63,996 nucleotides of DNA, filler included, from Dimargaris cristalligena (GCA_003614675.1; 10 parts of 10 records of this genome joined end to end with filler, not necessarily neighbours in it); one strand, 5' to 3'; numbered from the whole stretch's first letter, positions 11,001 through 23,799 are shown. Notes: a model not told the origin generated them from the letters alone. Numbers and translations are program-made.

Positions 11001-13090
11001 GCCCAATCGCCCAGTACCATGATGCGGGAATTGCAGCCGACGGACCGGGACCTCGCCTCCTACAACATGCGCCTGAATATACCTGTGAACCGGCGACCCG
11101 CGGAAAATGCCTGGTTATTTACGAAGGGCCCGGCAACCTTCACGGCGGACTGCTTACCGATTGAATCTCGGGAGGAAATCATGAATTACCAGCGCCATTC
11201 TCCTCGCCTGAATTTCTTTTACAGTCGGATAATCGAGGCCATTGCTAAGGCTGGAGTTGGCCGACCCCTCAGGATAGATTTGGGGGGATCGTCGTCCACC
11301 GGTCGACTAAACTACGGCTACCAAATATCCAGGGATGAAGATAGTGAAATAAATGACGGAGACTCCGGGGTTGATATCCGGGGAGCTCTGGAACCCCCTT
11401 CCAGTCCCGACGGTGTGGATCCGAAGGCGTTGGTTCAGGCCATCCAGGAAATCGTCTATCAGTACTCCTACCCCGTTACTCTAGCCCGGGTGGGCCAGTT
11501 ACTGGCGAAGGACTATTCCATTGGGGACTTATTGAGGCATTTCCCCGCCCTCGATTTAAAACCCCTCCGGGTTATCATTTCCCCCTGGCACGTAGCGGAC
11601 GGTACGCTCTTCTACCCCTCCGGTGATATCCGACAATGCTGGCACCAGATTCGATCCTACATCGAAGCCAGTGCGCAACTCGCCGACCATGTTGGACGCA
11701 CCGGGGCCATTCTGGGAATTCCCGACCCCCAAACCTATCGCCCACCCACTCCTGCTGCTACCCCGGCCGCTGGTTCTAGGCCGACCAATCCGGTGGTGAA
11801 TTCCCTGCGGAACACAGGCTCTAGTAGCCGTTCCCGCCTGGGTCCGAAAATGACCCGCTCGACCTTTGACTTTAGTTTCCCCCAGGAATCGGCTACTGCC
11901 ACATCCATGCTCACTGACCCTTCATTGGATGTCCGTAGCTCCTCTATACATAACCCGTTTCTGGATCCGTCCGTGTCGCACCCTTCGACCTTGGGCCGCT
12001 TGGCCGACCCCCTCATTCAGCGTTTATTCGACAGCATGGCCACGGAGATTGTGGGGTCGATTGTGAGCTTAATATCCCCCGCAGCCAGTGCTGATTACTT
12101 GGCGCACCTGGAGGAGACGGCTATGGCCGAGAATGAAACCCCGGGCTCTTCGTCCTCCGATTACATTGACCGCGTACCCCCGCGGGAATGTTTCGTCCGA
12201 CCGGTAGAAGAGTTGAGGCACATCGCACCCATTGCCTCCCGCCGCGAGTCCCGCCGGTTCGGCACGGCCCAGCCCCGGCAGTCCCAGCCATCCCTTCAGG
12301 ACCTTCTCCCGCCGAGTCGTACGGGCATCGTCAGCGAGCTTTACTGTAGCTACCTAGCACCGCATGCGATCCCCCTCTACCGAGGTACGGCAGTTATGTT
12401 CGAGCGCTGGAAGACCATGTGGGAAATGGACGTACCCCTCTACTACACCCGAACCCACAACCGACCCTACTACTGCACCAGTGCCGCCTACCTGGAAAAT
12501 GATCGGCCGGGCGGTCTACCTCCCGTCCGGCACTCCGAACGCCAGGTGTACCACGGGTACCGGGAGTTAGGGTTTGATACCCCCATGCCGAGGTTCCTCA
12601 AGGGTCGCCTTCTGAGCCGAGTGATACGGAGTGGTGTGGATGCCTCCCTGAACCCCACAGGCCTGACGAAATTCTTGACGGCCCCCGTAACGGAATCGTA
12701 CCGCCTCTACCCGCCCCTCATCACCGCCCGGCGGGCGATGGTGCTGACTTTCCGACCGGCCAAGACCGAGGAACTGACGCCGAGACTGACCATGCTGCTG
12801 GGTCTATTGACCCACGCCGCCACCCAGCCGGAACAGCAATTAGGGGTACCGAACCAACGGCAGGAATTGCCCCCTCTGGAACCCTACGGCCAAGTCAGTG
12901 TGGCCCATTCCCCCTACGCTAGCCAGGCCGCTCTCAAAGAAGAAATCCTGAAGCCGCTTACCGTGGTTATGGCCAAACACCAGGACGGAGCTGGTACCCC
13001 CCACGCATCCGTTTTCGCTCGCCGGCGACAGACGGTGCGTGGTCTACCGGCCTATACTGCGCCTAGCACCCCCCTGCCCCCCCCAACCCC
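8003..13090 (+). CDS. RNA polymerase I initiation factor Rrn6/TAF1C-like beta-propeller protein with long C-terminal extension (frame break at 9461-9562; 3' truncated)
   Basis: Motifs WSACAFGHHPRVFWVTDQR..IDTR (ORF 7964-9562) and FQAFIATHESIMAFDQRAPQHPTLWINH (ORF 9504-) resemble the TAF1C/Rrn6 propeller. The two ORFs overlap in different frames. Confidence 0.7.
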
Positions 13091-13649
13091 NNNNNNNNNN
13101 NNNNNNNNNNNNNNNNNNNNNNNNNNNNNNNNNNTTAATTAATTAANNNNNNNNNNNNNNNNNNNNNNNNNNNNNNNNNNNNNNNNNNNNGCATGCATCC
13201 ACCAATAGAAATATAAATAAAATTAAAGGAAAAATTTGTGTGGAAGAAATGGGTTAAAAGGGAAGGGAAAAAAACTGGATATACCAGACAAAAAAGCTGC
13301 TTCATACCTTATATATAAACATAATAATCAAATAGTAATAATTCATACCTGTGGCAATCAAGGGGACACTCCACTTTGCCACACTGGACATCCCGGGTAG
13401 TACAGATTACCCCTTCTATCATGGGAATCAATGGCTTCTAAAGCCGCGACTTACTTTATTTAGTAATTTTTCTGAGGCCCCTATATGCCCTTGGGTATAT
13501 ATGGCAGGCCTCACCCGCCCCGGCAGTACTATAGACCCTTTTCAAGGCTGGGACTTAAGTCCAGAAAACAATTAATAAGATGGGGACGGGCTAGATGAAG
13601 TAATTCACTAATTATAATAATAAAATAATGAATTTCGATGATAGAATAA

Positions 13650-13908
13650 TGTTGGAAATTCATTTCCCCCGTCCCACCAATTCCTTTACTCTGATTGGCT
13701 CGTCCTATACTCAGGACTATATTCTAATCTTTACTATATCATTCTATACCCGGGACTTTGTCCTAGTCATTATTACTACTAATTCCAACTCAATAAAACC
13801 TACCGCGGGCATCTAGCCTTGCCCCTTGCAGTTCTTTCTCTCTTCTTTAAAACATTTTAGTTGTATTCAAAGGTACTTGCATTTACTATCAAATCCATAT
13901 TTCCAACA
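13650..13908 (+). mobile_element. Solo LTR, 259 bp, nested in the DIRS 3' region
   Basis: TGTTGGAAAT...ATTTCCAACA termini, 5-bp TSD AATAA on both sides, internal AATAAA. Second copy at 39972-40230. Confidence 0.95.
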
Positions 13909-14013
13909 AATAATACTAGTTCAATAATTAGTTAGTTGCTAATAATTAGGGTGGAATTCAATGATAGAAGGGGTAATTGCTCTATTAAACGTCACAGACT
14001 CGTTTAATTGTTA

Positions 14014-15000
14014 TTACCCCATTCTATCATGGGAATAATTCATCTGGACCGATCGGGCCACATTCTTATGCAGAGTTGGCCAGTTGTAATAGTCCATAAA
14101 TGTAGTCCAGACATGCCAATTTGCCGTTTTCATAATCTCTTCCTGGCTAAACCCGAGTTGGTAGGCCATTGTAGACGTGGCAGCCTGAATGGAATGGGCC
14201 AAAAAGACGTTGGTATTGATCTGGGCCTCCTGTAACAGGGATTTGATCCAGTTACCCAGAGTATCCTCTGACACCATATGGCCCCGCTTGGTAATGAATA
14301 GGGCCTGCTCTTTAGGTTGGCGGAAGGTATAGGACTTGTCAATGTAAAACCAGGTATTACAGACCGGGCATAGTCGGGAACTATCTTCCAAGGCCTGGAT
14401 GTTGATCGATTTTTGTTTACCCTCTTTGATATGGTACACCGTAATTGTCATGACCTCAGGCTGGTCACTCTCCTGGTGAAAAGTTACAGAATTCAGGGGT
14501 ACTCAGGTAAAATTGCTACGCGGTCGCCACATGGTGGTTAGACACAGTATGGCCAAGACTTTCTGGTAGAGTCAGTGCCACAGTAATACATCATTATCTG
14601 GAAGGTTGGCCAAATGGTCAATAAGCTGTTCCACCCACCAGATGGGGAGTTTCTCAATAGGCTGCACTAAATGGTCCAAGCTTTGCATAAACAGATTGAG
14701 ATGATGATGTTTTGATACTGGATTACCTGGGTACCCAATGTCCCAGGTAGAAATAATAGCCGCCTTGTGGAGTTTGATGGTATGGATACTGGCCATTTTG
14801 GAAAGTCCAGGTAGATAATTTAACAGGTTTAAGGCATCTGGTTAGCAATGATTCTTTTGCTGAGATAGGCACCAATGGGCAAACTTTTGCCAGGCATACT
14901 GGTAGGCCTTGTTAGTATTGTTACGCAGTCCTTGGCAGACACTGGTGGCAATTGCCAGCAAAATTCCCTGCTTTTTGAGGATTGCCCTGATATCTTCTAG
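14014..15000 (-). pseudogene. DIRS tyrosine recombinase, disrupted
   Basis: NTNKAYQYAWQKFAHWC, WRPRSNFT*, LCPV, HSIQAATST, ANWHVWTTFMDYY. In-frame stops; box II Arg changed to Gln. Confidence 0.85.
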
Positions 15001-16833
15001 GTGATTAATAGGAGCTGTGGGGTCAGTAGTAATAGTGGATAATCTACAATTATTGGGAGTAGGTGAGGAAACCAGGATTGGGTCTGCCAATACGGGGTCA
15101 CTAGGACCAGGGTCAATTTGCATTGCAGAACCCGATTGATCACATGGTGGATCTGGTTCCATGGTGGAAAGGTATAGACATTTTCCTGAGGCCAAGGGAA
15201 TTGAAACATGTCCTTCGAAGGTTTCTGCAGGTGGGGATAAAGGTAATAATACTAGGGAAGTTGATGATTGAGGGGACTGGCAAAGAGGTCGATCCTCAGT
15301 GGCCCCCATTTCGAATTCAGGTGCTGTAATAATGGGGCTGGGAGTACTAATTCCCGGTAGGCTGGGGTTATCTTACTCAACTGATCAGCTTCAGTATTGC
15401 AGTTGCCTGGGATATGCACCGCCTTCAGAGTTAAATTCTGGTAGGTTAATTTATTGGAAATTGCAAGGGCTAGTGATTGCAGGGCTGGTACTCAAGTACC
15501 CCCCTGCCAATTGATATACTTTAGGACAGTGGTATTGTCTGTCTGAAGTAGTAGGGACTGGTCCCGAACCCAAGCTGGTAGTTGATTGATAGCCAGCGAC
15601 CACCTTGAGTTCCTTCCAGTTGATGGTTTGTAACTAGTTAGTAGGGGACCAGAGTCTGGCCTGACGGAGGACCAGGCTCACAATCCCATAGCCTATTTTG
15701 GATGCATCTGTGAAGATGGTCATAGTAGGTAGTGGGTCCCTGTACAGGGGTTTCCCTGAATTGGTCTGCACTTGTTGGGCCCACCATTCTAACCCCAGTT
15801 GGGCCCGGGGTTCAATTTGAATGGGCTCAGTCCACATCTGATTCTGCTGGATCAAGCAGCACTGGAGTTAGCATAGGTGGATTAGTCCATTGGGTACTGC
15901 TGGTAGAGCTGAAGTTAGGGTACCCAATATGGGGGCCATCTTGTGGGCAGGGACTGTTTGGGCTTGCAGTAACTGGCAGCCCTGCAGAATTGATTGACAT
16001 TTCTTATTGGGTAGGAATGTCCGCACCTGCTGAGTATTGATGGTCATCCCCAGGAAGTCCATCCACTGGGTGGGGGTCAGAATTGATTTCTTCCAGTTGA
16101 TAGGGAACCCCAGGGTTTGTAGATGACCCAAAACTTTAGCCAAATCCTTCTGCACCTGGGTAAATAATGGGGATATAATGGCTATATAGTCCAGGTAATA
16201 GGACAATACAATTCCCTGGGCCTGAAGTGGTTTGATGGCAGCCTTCATGACCCGGGAAAAAACCACTGGGGCTGTAGCCAGGCCAAAAGGCAGGGACTGG
16301 TACTGGTACACCTGGCCCTGGCATTATATGGAAAGGTATGGCCGGGAATCCTGGTGGATAGGGACTGTTAGGTAGGCATCCTTGATATCCACATTAGTCA
16401 AGTAAGCCCTGGGGGTAATCATGGAGTTGAATACAGTTAGACCCTCCATTTTGAACCAGGGAATACAAATGAATTGGTTGATTCAGTATAAATCCACTAG
16501 TGGTTGTTATTTGTCCACTTCCTATTTCATAAACAGGTTCAAGTAGTAGCCTCACTGGTTGGTCTTGCCAAGTTCCAGGGCTTGGCACTGGCATAATTTG
16601 TTAACCACTTTGGTGATCTCTGCCTGGTCAATGGCTGTGGTATGAAAGGGCCAGGGTATCTCCCATGTGGGGGTAGATTTCCATATCACCTGATACCCAA
16701 ATTGAATAACCTGGTGCACCCAGGGGTCTTTGGTTAATTGGAGCCACTGGGGGTGAAATTGGGATAAGCAGCCCCCGGGAGCAATCCTATTGTCCAGTTT
16801 CCCATAGTGTTCAGTCATCTGCAGTGGGGCCAC
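14997..16833 (-). pseudogene. DIRS reverse transcriptase / RNase H / Dam-like methyltransferase ORF, disrupted
   Basis: Fragments 16552-16833 (GGCLSQFHPQWLQLTKDPWV), 15868-16311 (RT core), 15634-15855 (TDAS) and 14997-15209 (FPPW...LVTPYWQTQSWFP). Confidence 0.85.
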
Positions 16834-17672
16834 CTATCCCAGGCCTATTGTGGATTGGTGTTGGTTGGCTGTGATTGGCTGGTTGGTGCTGATCCTGGTT
16901 AATTGTTCGGGGGACGGCTAGGCTTTCTCCCTTAGTAGTTTTTTGAACTGGGAAATTTCCCTCAACTACTGAAGTTTCAACTATTTCTAGTCTAGTTAGT
17001 GCACTACTTGAGCAGGCTTTCATTGACCTGGTGCTGGCTATCTTGGCTTTCTTCTCAATGGATAAACTCAAGGGCTTGGTCCCCAAAGAGGATGTTGGAC
17101 TGCTGGCCAGCAATGGACATAGCCTGGTGGTGGAGATCATTGGGGATGCGGGTCTGCTGTAGCACATGCTTCTAGTGGTCTTCGGTAGTAATGGCATAGA
17201 AATGTGCATTGATAATGAACATATGTTGGATATGTTCCAAGTATTGTTCAACAGTGATGCACCCATCAGTGATGCTGTGGGCTGAGAGGGCAAGGGCAGT
17301 GAGCCCCTTACAGACTCCTTTGAATTGGCACTGGTTTTGTTCCAATAGGGTATCATAGGCCAGTTCTTTGGCCCCCAATTTTTTTTACCAGTGGGGTTCC
17401 AGTCGGGGTGTACATAGCCACTTGTCCAAAGACTTTGGAACCAAGTCCACAAGGGTGGTGAGTGTGGGCCCTGTAAGGATGTACTGCTTTGGATCCTCAA
17501 AGCACAGTTTGGTGATTTCGGGTTGGAGTTTGGGCCGGCCCTCATCCAATCGGCGGACAATTCTGATTGGCTGGGAATGAGTAATCTCTTCCAGCTGTTG
17601 GCGTAGCACAATGATGATTTCTTTGGAGTCATCATCGGGTCCGTTTTGAGTGAGGTACTCATAGTTGGTCAT
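16811..17672 (-). pseudogene. DIRS gag-like ORF1, disrupted
   Basis: ORF fragments 17385-17672 and 17172-17378 are in the same frame, separated by a stop, and lie upstream of and overlapping the RT ORF. Identity assigned from position only. Confidence 0.55.
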
Positions 17673-17837
17673 AACAGTTTTTAAGGCAGCTTGCCAGTTA
17701 GACGGATGGAAAGAAGAATATTTTTATTTAAAAGTAAAGTAAATAAGTATGGTATCAGGCACTGTAAAGTCACAGAGTCGCAGGCTTTAAAAGGGTCTAT
17801 AGTACTACTGGTTGAAAATAAACATCCCAACAATCTT

Positions 17838-17893
17838 TCCATACACATATCGGTTAAAACCTTATACAACCAAGCTGAACTTCACCCATATAT
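17838..17893. repeat. Repeat family D-related end sequence
   Basis: CATACACATATC(G/A)GTTAAA..CTTATA....AAGCTGAACTTCACCCATATA also occurs at 46009-46062. TGAACTTC(A/T)CCCATAT is shared with 28716-28730 and (inverted) 39305-39320. Confidence 0.7.
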
Positions 17894-19325
17894 TCCTTCA
17901 CCGGCTGTGGCTCCATCATCCTCAGATAACATGGTTCCTACATGTGTATTCATTCAATTTACATTGTAAAACCTTCTAATCATCAAATAATCGTCATTAT
18001 AATATCGGCTTTCTTACAAAAATATATTATTTTACCATAAGACAGTGACAAGGCCGGCTATTTGATTATTCCATCTGAGGGTAGTGCCCATAATCAACTG
18101 TTCTGTTTATCCATACATATATACTTTTGTTTAAAAAATATTACCCATTCATCAACGCTAACGGGTTCATCTTAATTAACGGTTCCAACTAACATCGCCC
18201 AGACGAGTATAACCGGCGAGACCGAATTCGAAGTATCCTGCGTTTATTATTCGGTATTCATTTTTCTCTATGTATAAACCCCACAGTTCCGAAGAACATG
18301 GGGATAGCAGGCTATCAGTCACAAATGAAGCCCGATAAACCGATGATATTCTTTAACCCCAACATTATTTGCTGTCGAGTGCGAATTATTGACATTTTCT
18401 CGTGTTTTTGTCTATAGCATTAATTTCTGCACCCAGTTTATTCAAACCCATTTAAAAATTAATACACCTAAAGTCCATAATGTCCCGTCCTTAAATCCTC
18501 GTTGGTCTGGCATTGGGTCTGAACCCACCGTCGGGAATATCGGCTTCCCCTGCTATGGCGCAATCCTCAGCCTTACTAGTTCACCAGGTATCGACACTAC
18601 ACTGATGTTATATAGTGCTTTAGTTCTTGTTACATCTTTCGAATAATAGAATTTACCTCTCTAGCTATGGCACTGCATAGTCAGTTTTTTTTTATTTGGT
18701 GGGGGCGGGATTAAAACGGATGACGATTAGCCGAATGGTGGTTAGAAAACTCGATTTGAATGGTAATATATCATTAATTAGCCAAACTTGTCTGCCCGAA
18801 ATCAAACACGTGACTGTTACTCATTGTTTTTAAAATTTTAATTAACGACTAAGTAGATATACAGTGGCCATATTCACCAAAAATGCTGATAATCTATGGG
18901 GTGTATAGCGAAATGGAGTACCAGAAATGAATACCATGTTGACGAGTGGCCAAGTTAAGTAATACAAATATGGAATACAATTCTAACCTCTATTCCAATA
19001 AATCTATATCTATAAAAGTAGTATATTAGTCAGTGGTGTCGTACTATAAGCCTAGACTATAAATCTAGTAAAAGTGGTCTCAGTAAGCAACAAGTCACAC
19101 TATTTGTGTTGAAAGTCGGAAATGGAGCGGATTTTTACATCCACGTCATTAAAGATCTTTTAATCTAGACGAGCTCCAATACTTTCTGGTTTATATTTAT
19201 CGAAAAATTAAATTCACGACAAGCATACAGGGTCTTGATGAAATAAAATGGGTGGTAGTAAATATGGTATTATATTTACCCGAGAAACCCAGATCCAGCC
19301 AATCTCCTACTCATGATATAACCCA

Positions 19326-19667
19326 GTGTATGGCCTAGCCATCTCTAGCTGGAATGATAGCCAACTGAAAAAGTTGGAAAGGATACAAGGGTCCTGCCTG
19401 AGAATGCTGGTTGGGGCCTATAAGTCTGCTTCCACTTCTGTCCTTAGACATATTTCACACCTTCCACCCATGGCCATTAGGGTAGAGGCCCTTACTGCCA
19501 AGTATTGCCTTAGATATAATTCCTTGCCACCTGATTCCCTTTTACACCTTCTTGCCTCTGTCCTGCATACTACTAGATATACTAGTGACCTTTCCAAATC
19601 TCCTCTTTTTTGTTCTCTGCCTCCTGATCCTTTAGCTAAGGATGTCAGGGCTGCTATCCAGACTGCA
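19326..19667 (+). mobile_element. Non-LTR (LINE) retrotransposon ORF2 fragment, post-RT region; apparently 5' truncated and cut by the gap
   Basis: YGLAI...LKKLERIQGSCLRMLVGAYKSASTSVLRHISHLPPMAIRV is the typical segment following the LINE RT domain. Confidence 0.85.
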
Positions 19668-22166
19668 NNNNNNNNNNNNNNNNNNNNNNNNNNNNNNNNN
19701 NNNNNNNNNNNTTAATTAATTAANNNNNNNNNNNNNNNNNNNNNNNNNNNNNNNNNNNNNNNNNNNNAACGGAGCTTACCATCCTGTTGGGTGAGCAGGT
19801 CTTAATTCCGGCAGAGTTGCAGGATATAGCAGGGATATGATACTGGCAGATATGAAAACAGAAAAGGGAAATATAAAGTGGGAGAATGGAAGATAGAGAG
19901 AATGTGAGACTAGTAATACGGGGCTGGCTGGTAATGCGAAGCTGCCTCTTTCCGAAAGGCACCAAGTTAGCATACTGTATAGCAAGAACTCAGCAGGGAC
20001 TTCCGAACCGTCTATAATTCAAATGTATGCCCAATAATCACCCACAGACTTGTTCCCATAGCGCCTGATGAGATGAGAAATCGAATTCCGCTCCAGCGCT
20101 CTACAACTTCCATCCAATTCGACTGACCAATACCAATCACGTGTTTGGTTTCTTGGTAAGATATACGACAGCCTCTGGGATGTATGCTGCGGCACGTTTA
20201 GTAGTGCGCGATGAGAAGCTAACTCCAAACATCAGCTTACCCAGTATGCAGTATAGTGACACAAATGTCCATCAAGACTCATTCCGTTTCGGGCCAATTA
20301 TTATCATACCATGTCGAATGTCAAGAATGATAACGATAATGCATCGCCACAAGACATCGATGGCGAGTGATTCGGAGGTTGTTATAAACTCGCAGTTGAT
20401 TATGTAGTACCGATTGGTAGTGGAAATAATAAATTATTAGGGGGTCCGAGTGACAGTGATTAGAGATGGCAAAAATTTATTTTTACAAATATGTGAATTG
20501 GGTTTAATACCCACTGTATAAAAAAACGATAATAAAAGGGTGGATTGACATGATATAAAACAAAGAAATATTTTCACCAAAGAAATGTAAAGCAGAAAGT
20601 ATAGCCACCACGTCATTGTTGGAACGCCAGCCATGGGTTGTCCATGGATGAAGCTAAAGGCACCATATAATTGGAAAGGATTACATCCATTGTCTAATCT
20701 CAGCCATATTCAGAGGTCCATTTTGTAATTAGTTGAGTGTGAAAATCCAGTATAAATAGACTGGAATCACTCGGGGGTGGCTGTGTCATAACTAAGATCC
20801 CAGAATACGCAAACATATCAATATAATAACCAGCAAAAAGTATTAGCCAGTTATTAAACTGATACCAGATTATATTAATCCTAATTCGTAGTATTCGTAC
20901 CCGGCGGCCTGGGATTTATAGGGACCCTTGGCCTGCGGGTGTCATAGTCCCAATACATTACTGTATCGGGAACCGAATGGCCATCCTGAGATGGATGGAT
21001 TGTAATATTATTGGTCTGCATTGTCACAGAGGCCTGGCCATCTGTTGGGTTATGGTGACCAGGGGTGGGTGGACAAGTAGGATTCAGGTCAATTTGGGAT
21101 GGCCCCGGAGGTGTGTTAAAAAATGACATGTTTTTAATGGTCTTGATAGCAGATTTAAGGAAAAATAATAGAAAATTGAGCTGGGTGATTTGGTAGGAAG
21201 CACACTTGCTATTTTATATCCAAAACCCCGACCTTGTTATTTTTAAGGTGGCTGCCACCACTATCTAAAAGTGCCACACTAACAATGGGGTATTCTGGAA
21301 TAATAATAAACAGTAGGAGTACTGCCCTCTCCCCTCCTTGTGACCGGACATTTCCAAACACACAATAGTCACTGAAGCATTGTAAAAAGTCAACCGTGAA
21401 GTGCCTCTTTGTTGGTTTGTGGATCAGTAAGCCCTCAGCCCAAATCATTCTTCACTTATTCAATATGCCAAATACAGGGGATACCAGGATATTTTCCACC
21501 ACATCCCCACCAGATGGCCTCAATTTATTCAGCAATTTCATGGTATTTCACGATGGGAAATAATGGTATGGTGATGCCTTCATGATTGTTTAAGCATAGT
21601 CACCATGCTATCCCCATGATCATTTTTACGCCAGTCATATTGCAGGGCCAAAGCCAAGGATTTTAATGGGTACATAAGAACGGGGTAAGGTAATAATTGG
21701 AAATTGACATTGTTGGTAATTGAACCACCCATGTTTAAATAGTGCTACTGTGTTCTGCGTGGTCTGGCCGTCTGTTTGTGAAGAGCTGTATATGAACATA
21801 TTCCTAATTAAACTATTGCATCGACTCGTTTAAGAGCAGTACATAATAATTACAACAAAAAATCGACTGTCCAACCCAATGTTTATGATAACTTTTCTTC
21901 ACTTTATTGAAATAGTGCAAATCAGTGTTGTAAGTTGGGTGTAAAACAATAAGGCATAGGAAATCCGGGGATCCATTGATAGGGAGCGGAAGTCCGAATT
22001 TAAGAAATGTATGCTTTGGCAATGGGAAGTGTAGTAAAATAGGATCTAATTTGTAGCGAATGTTACAGATGCGGTGGACACAGCCAGCGGCCTGGTGCAT
22101 TAGCGATAAAGTTGTTGGAAGTAAATGTTATGGATGGTTGGGTGGTGTAGACCTTTGCTATAAGAA

Positions 22167-22628
22167 TGTTGAAGCTGTACTACCGAGGGGATCCGGCACT
22201 GGCCAATCACCCCATGCAGCTGTGGCCCCGACTAGGCCGACTCAGAGCCCTAGTTCACTCATAGCTACCGATACACCCGATGATACTACAAGGGTACCCA
22301 CCGAGGGTATCCTTGCCACAATAGCACTCGGTACAGTACCAGAAGGTTCTATCTGGTCCCCCAAGAGCACCAAAACCATAGCCCCTCTCGGTAATCGGGC
22401 CCTGGGCCAATGGCCACATGTGCCGGCGGGTCCAGAAATTAACCAGTATAAAACGAACCACCGGTCCACCCAAATAGAAGCCCTAAATGACTACGCTCCT
22501 ACTCGCTTCATGATATTTTACTATCACCGGACTTATACATCTCACACTCTTTTTTACCAGTATTATTAAATAAGGCACTCTTTCTTAGCTATCCACGCTC
22601 GTACGTACTCACTCTTAGCACACTAACA
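22167..22628 (+). mobile_element. Candidate solo LTR (~460 bp)
   Basis: TGTT...AACA termini, GC-rich 5' part, TATAAAA at ~22447, T-rich 3' part. AAGAA lies on the left flank and 2 bp off the right end, so the TSD is imperfect. Confidence 0.5.
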
Positions 22629-23799
22629 TGAAGAATTATTGGAACACATGACAAAATTCGCACTTACCCAATGAGTAAGCCGCCATTCTTTTGGAATAGG
22701 TGTACTCTCGGCCCTGGGACTTTCAGGAATATTGAAAAGGTGACATCCACAATGTAACCAAGCCATATAACTGTGTATATTGGCATTGGCAGATGCAGAT
22801 AGTTTATATTAAATTGGTTACATTTGGGAACTAAATAATATCCAACAATGCTTCTGCCATATGTCCCTTTCAGATGACTCGGCTTCCCAAACTGAAGGAA
22901 TGTAGTGCTCCATTACACTCATATGGGGCAGGAATATCACTTGCCAACTGGCCTGGGGTGATCAAGGGTGCCATGGCCCTTCCATCTTGTAAGCACTGTC
23001 CACCTTTTTTTCTGCAGTGGATGATTCCAGGTTAAATTCACAATCTTCAAACATGATGAAAAACCTTTGTTTAAAAATGAATAATAAAAATGTGTGGCTC
23101 ATATGACCACTTGGCCGTCTTGACCCTGTGGTGAGGCCATTTGGTGTTTTTCTGTATAGTATCGCCCTTATCCAGTTATGGTACCCTTTACACTGGCCTG
23201 GGTGATGTATGCCACCACTTGGTATAAATGTGGCCACCTCCCCACCCACTATGGTCTTCAATTAACATTTATATGACTGTTGTCCACTTTTTAAATGCCT
23301 ACTTCAAGAAATATACATTTAAGGAACAAGAATTGTATCAACAGGGACTACCCTGTTGCCGACCCACGAGCACCTATAAAGCCTATCAAATGGCTTCTCA
23401 GGAAGGTAAGCTACAAAATTTGTATTTATGTATATATTATTATCTATTATCGTTATCCTAAGAAATAGTGGGGTAAACTACTGTTTATATATGTCTCTGG
23501 GATACACACTTCTTGACATAAAAGTGCTTAAGATGACTATACCATTTTCCCGCTTTGTGACAGCATCATCGGTGTCAGTAATGGGGTAGTGGCTTATACT
23601 ATCAATGAAGTTGGAATAGCCACTCCATTATGCTGGTTTTATTATAACTTTCTTCCAATCGAAACCACATACTATATTTTAGATGCTATTTTTACTAATC
23701 TAGATTTTGCTGGATATTTCTTGCATTCCTCTTATTTGTATGTTAATATATAATAGATTAAACGGCTGTTCGTCTCCCGTAAATGAACAGCATTCCTTA

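Larger units (their letters stand above)
13525..17806 (-). mobile_element. Decayed DIRS-type tyrosine-recombinase retrotransposon (gag-like, RT/RNase H, Dam-like MT, YR)
   Basis: RT motifs DIKDAYLTVPIH, YQYQSLPFGL, YYLDY(D). RNase H IFTDASKIGYG. MT-like WPQENVYTFPPW. YR WRPRS and HSIQ(R)AA. Perfect 18-bp inverted repeat at 13525-13542 / 17789-17806. Boundaries approximate. Confidence 0.9.

Noticed and set aside
16811-17662. 283-aa open frame in the DIRS 5' region taken as intact gag
   Set aside because: Ser/Pro-rich and probably an off-frame shadow; the stop-interrupted frame starting at 17672 looks more protein-like. Not resolved.
19768-19782. Possible gene start ATG|GTAAGC on the minus strand at the contig edge
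   Set aside because: Only a start codon and a donor-like site; no coding sequence to test.
20881-21129. 82-aa Pro/Thr-rich ORF
   Set aside because: No homology or structure recognisable; lies in CpG-poor degenerate DNA.
22060-22569. 169-aa ORF
   Set aside because: Runs across a candidate LTR boundary and has no domain.
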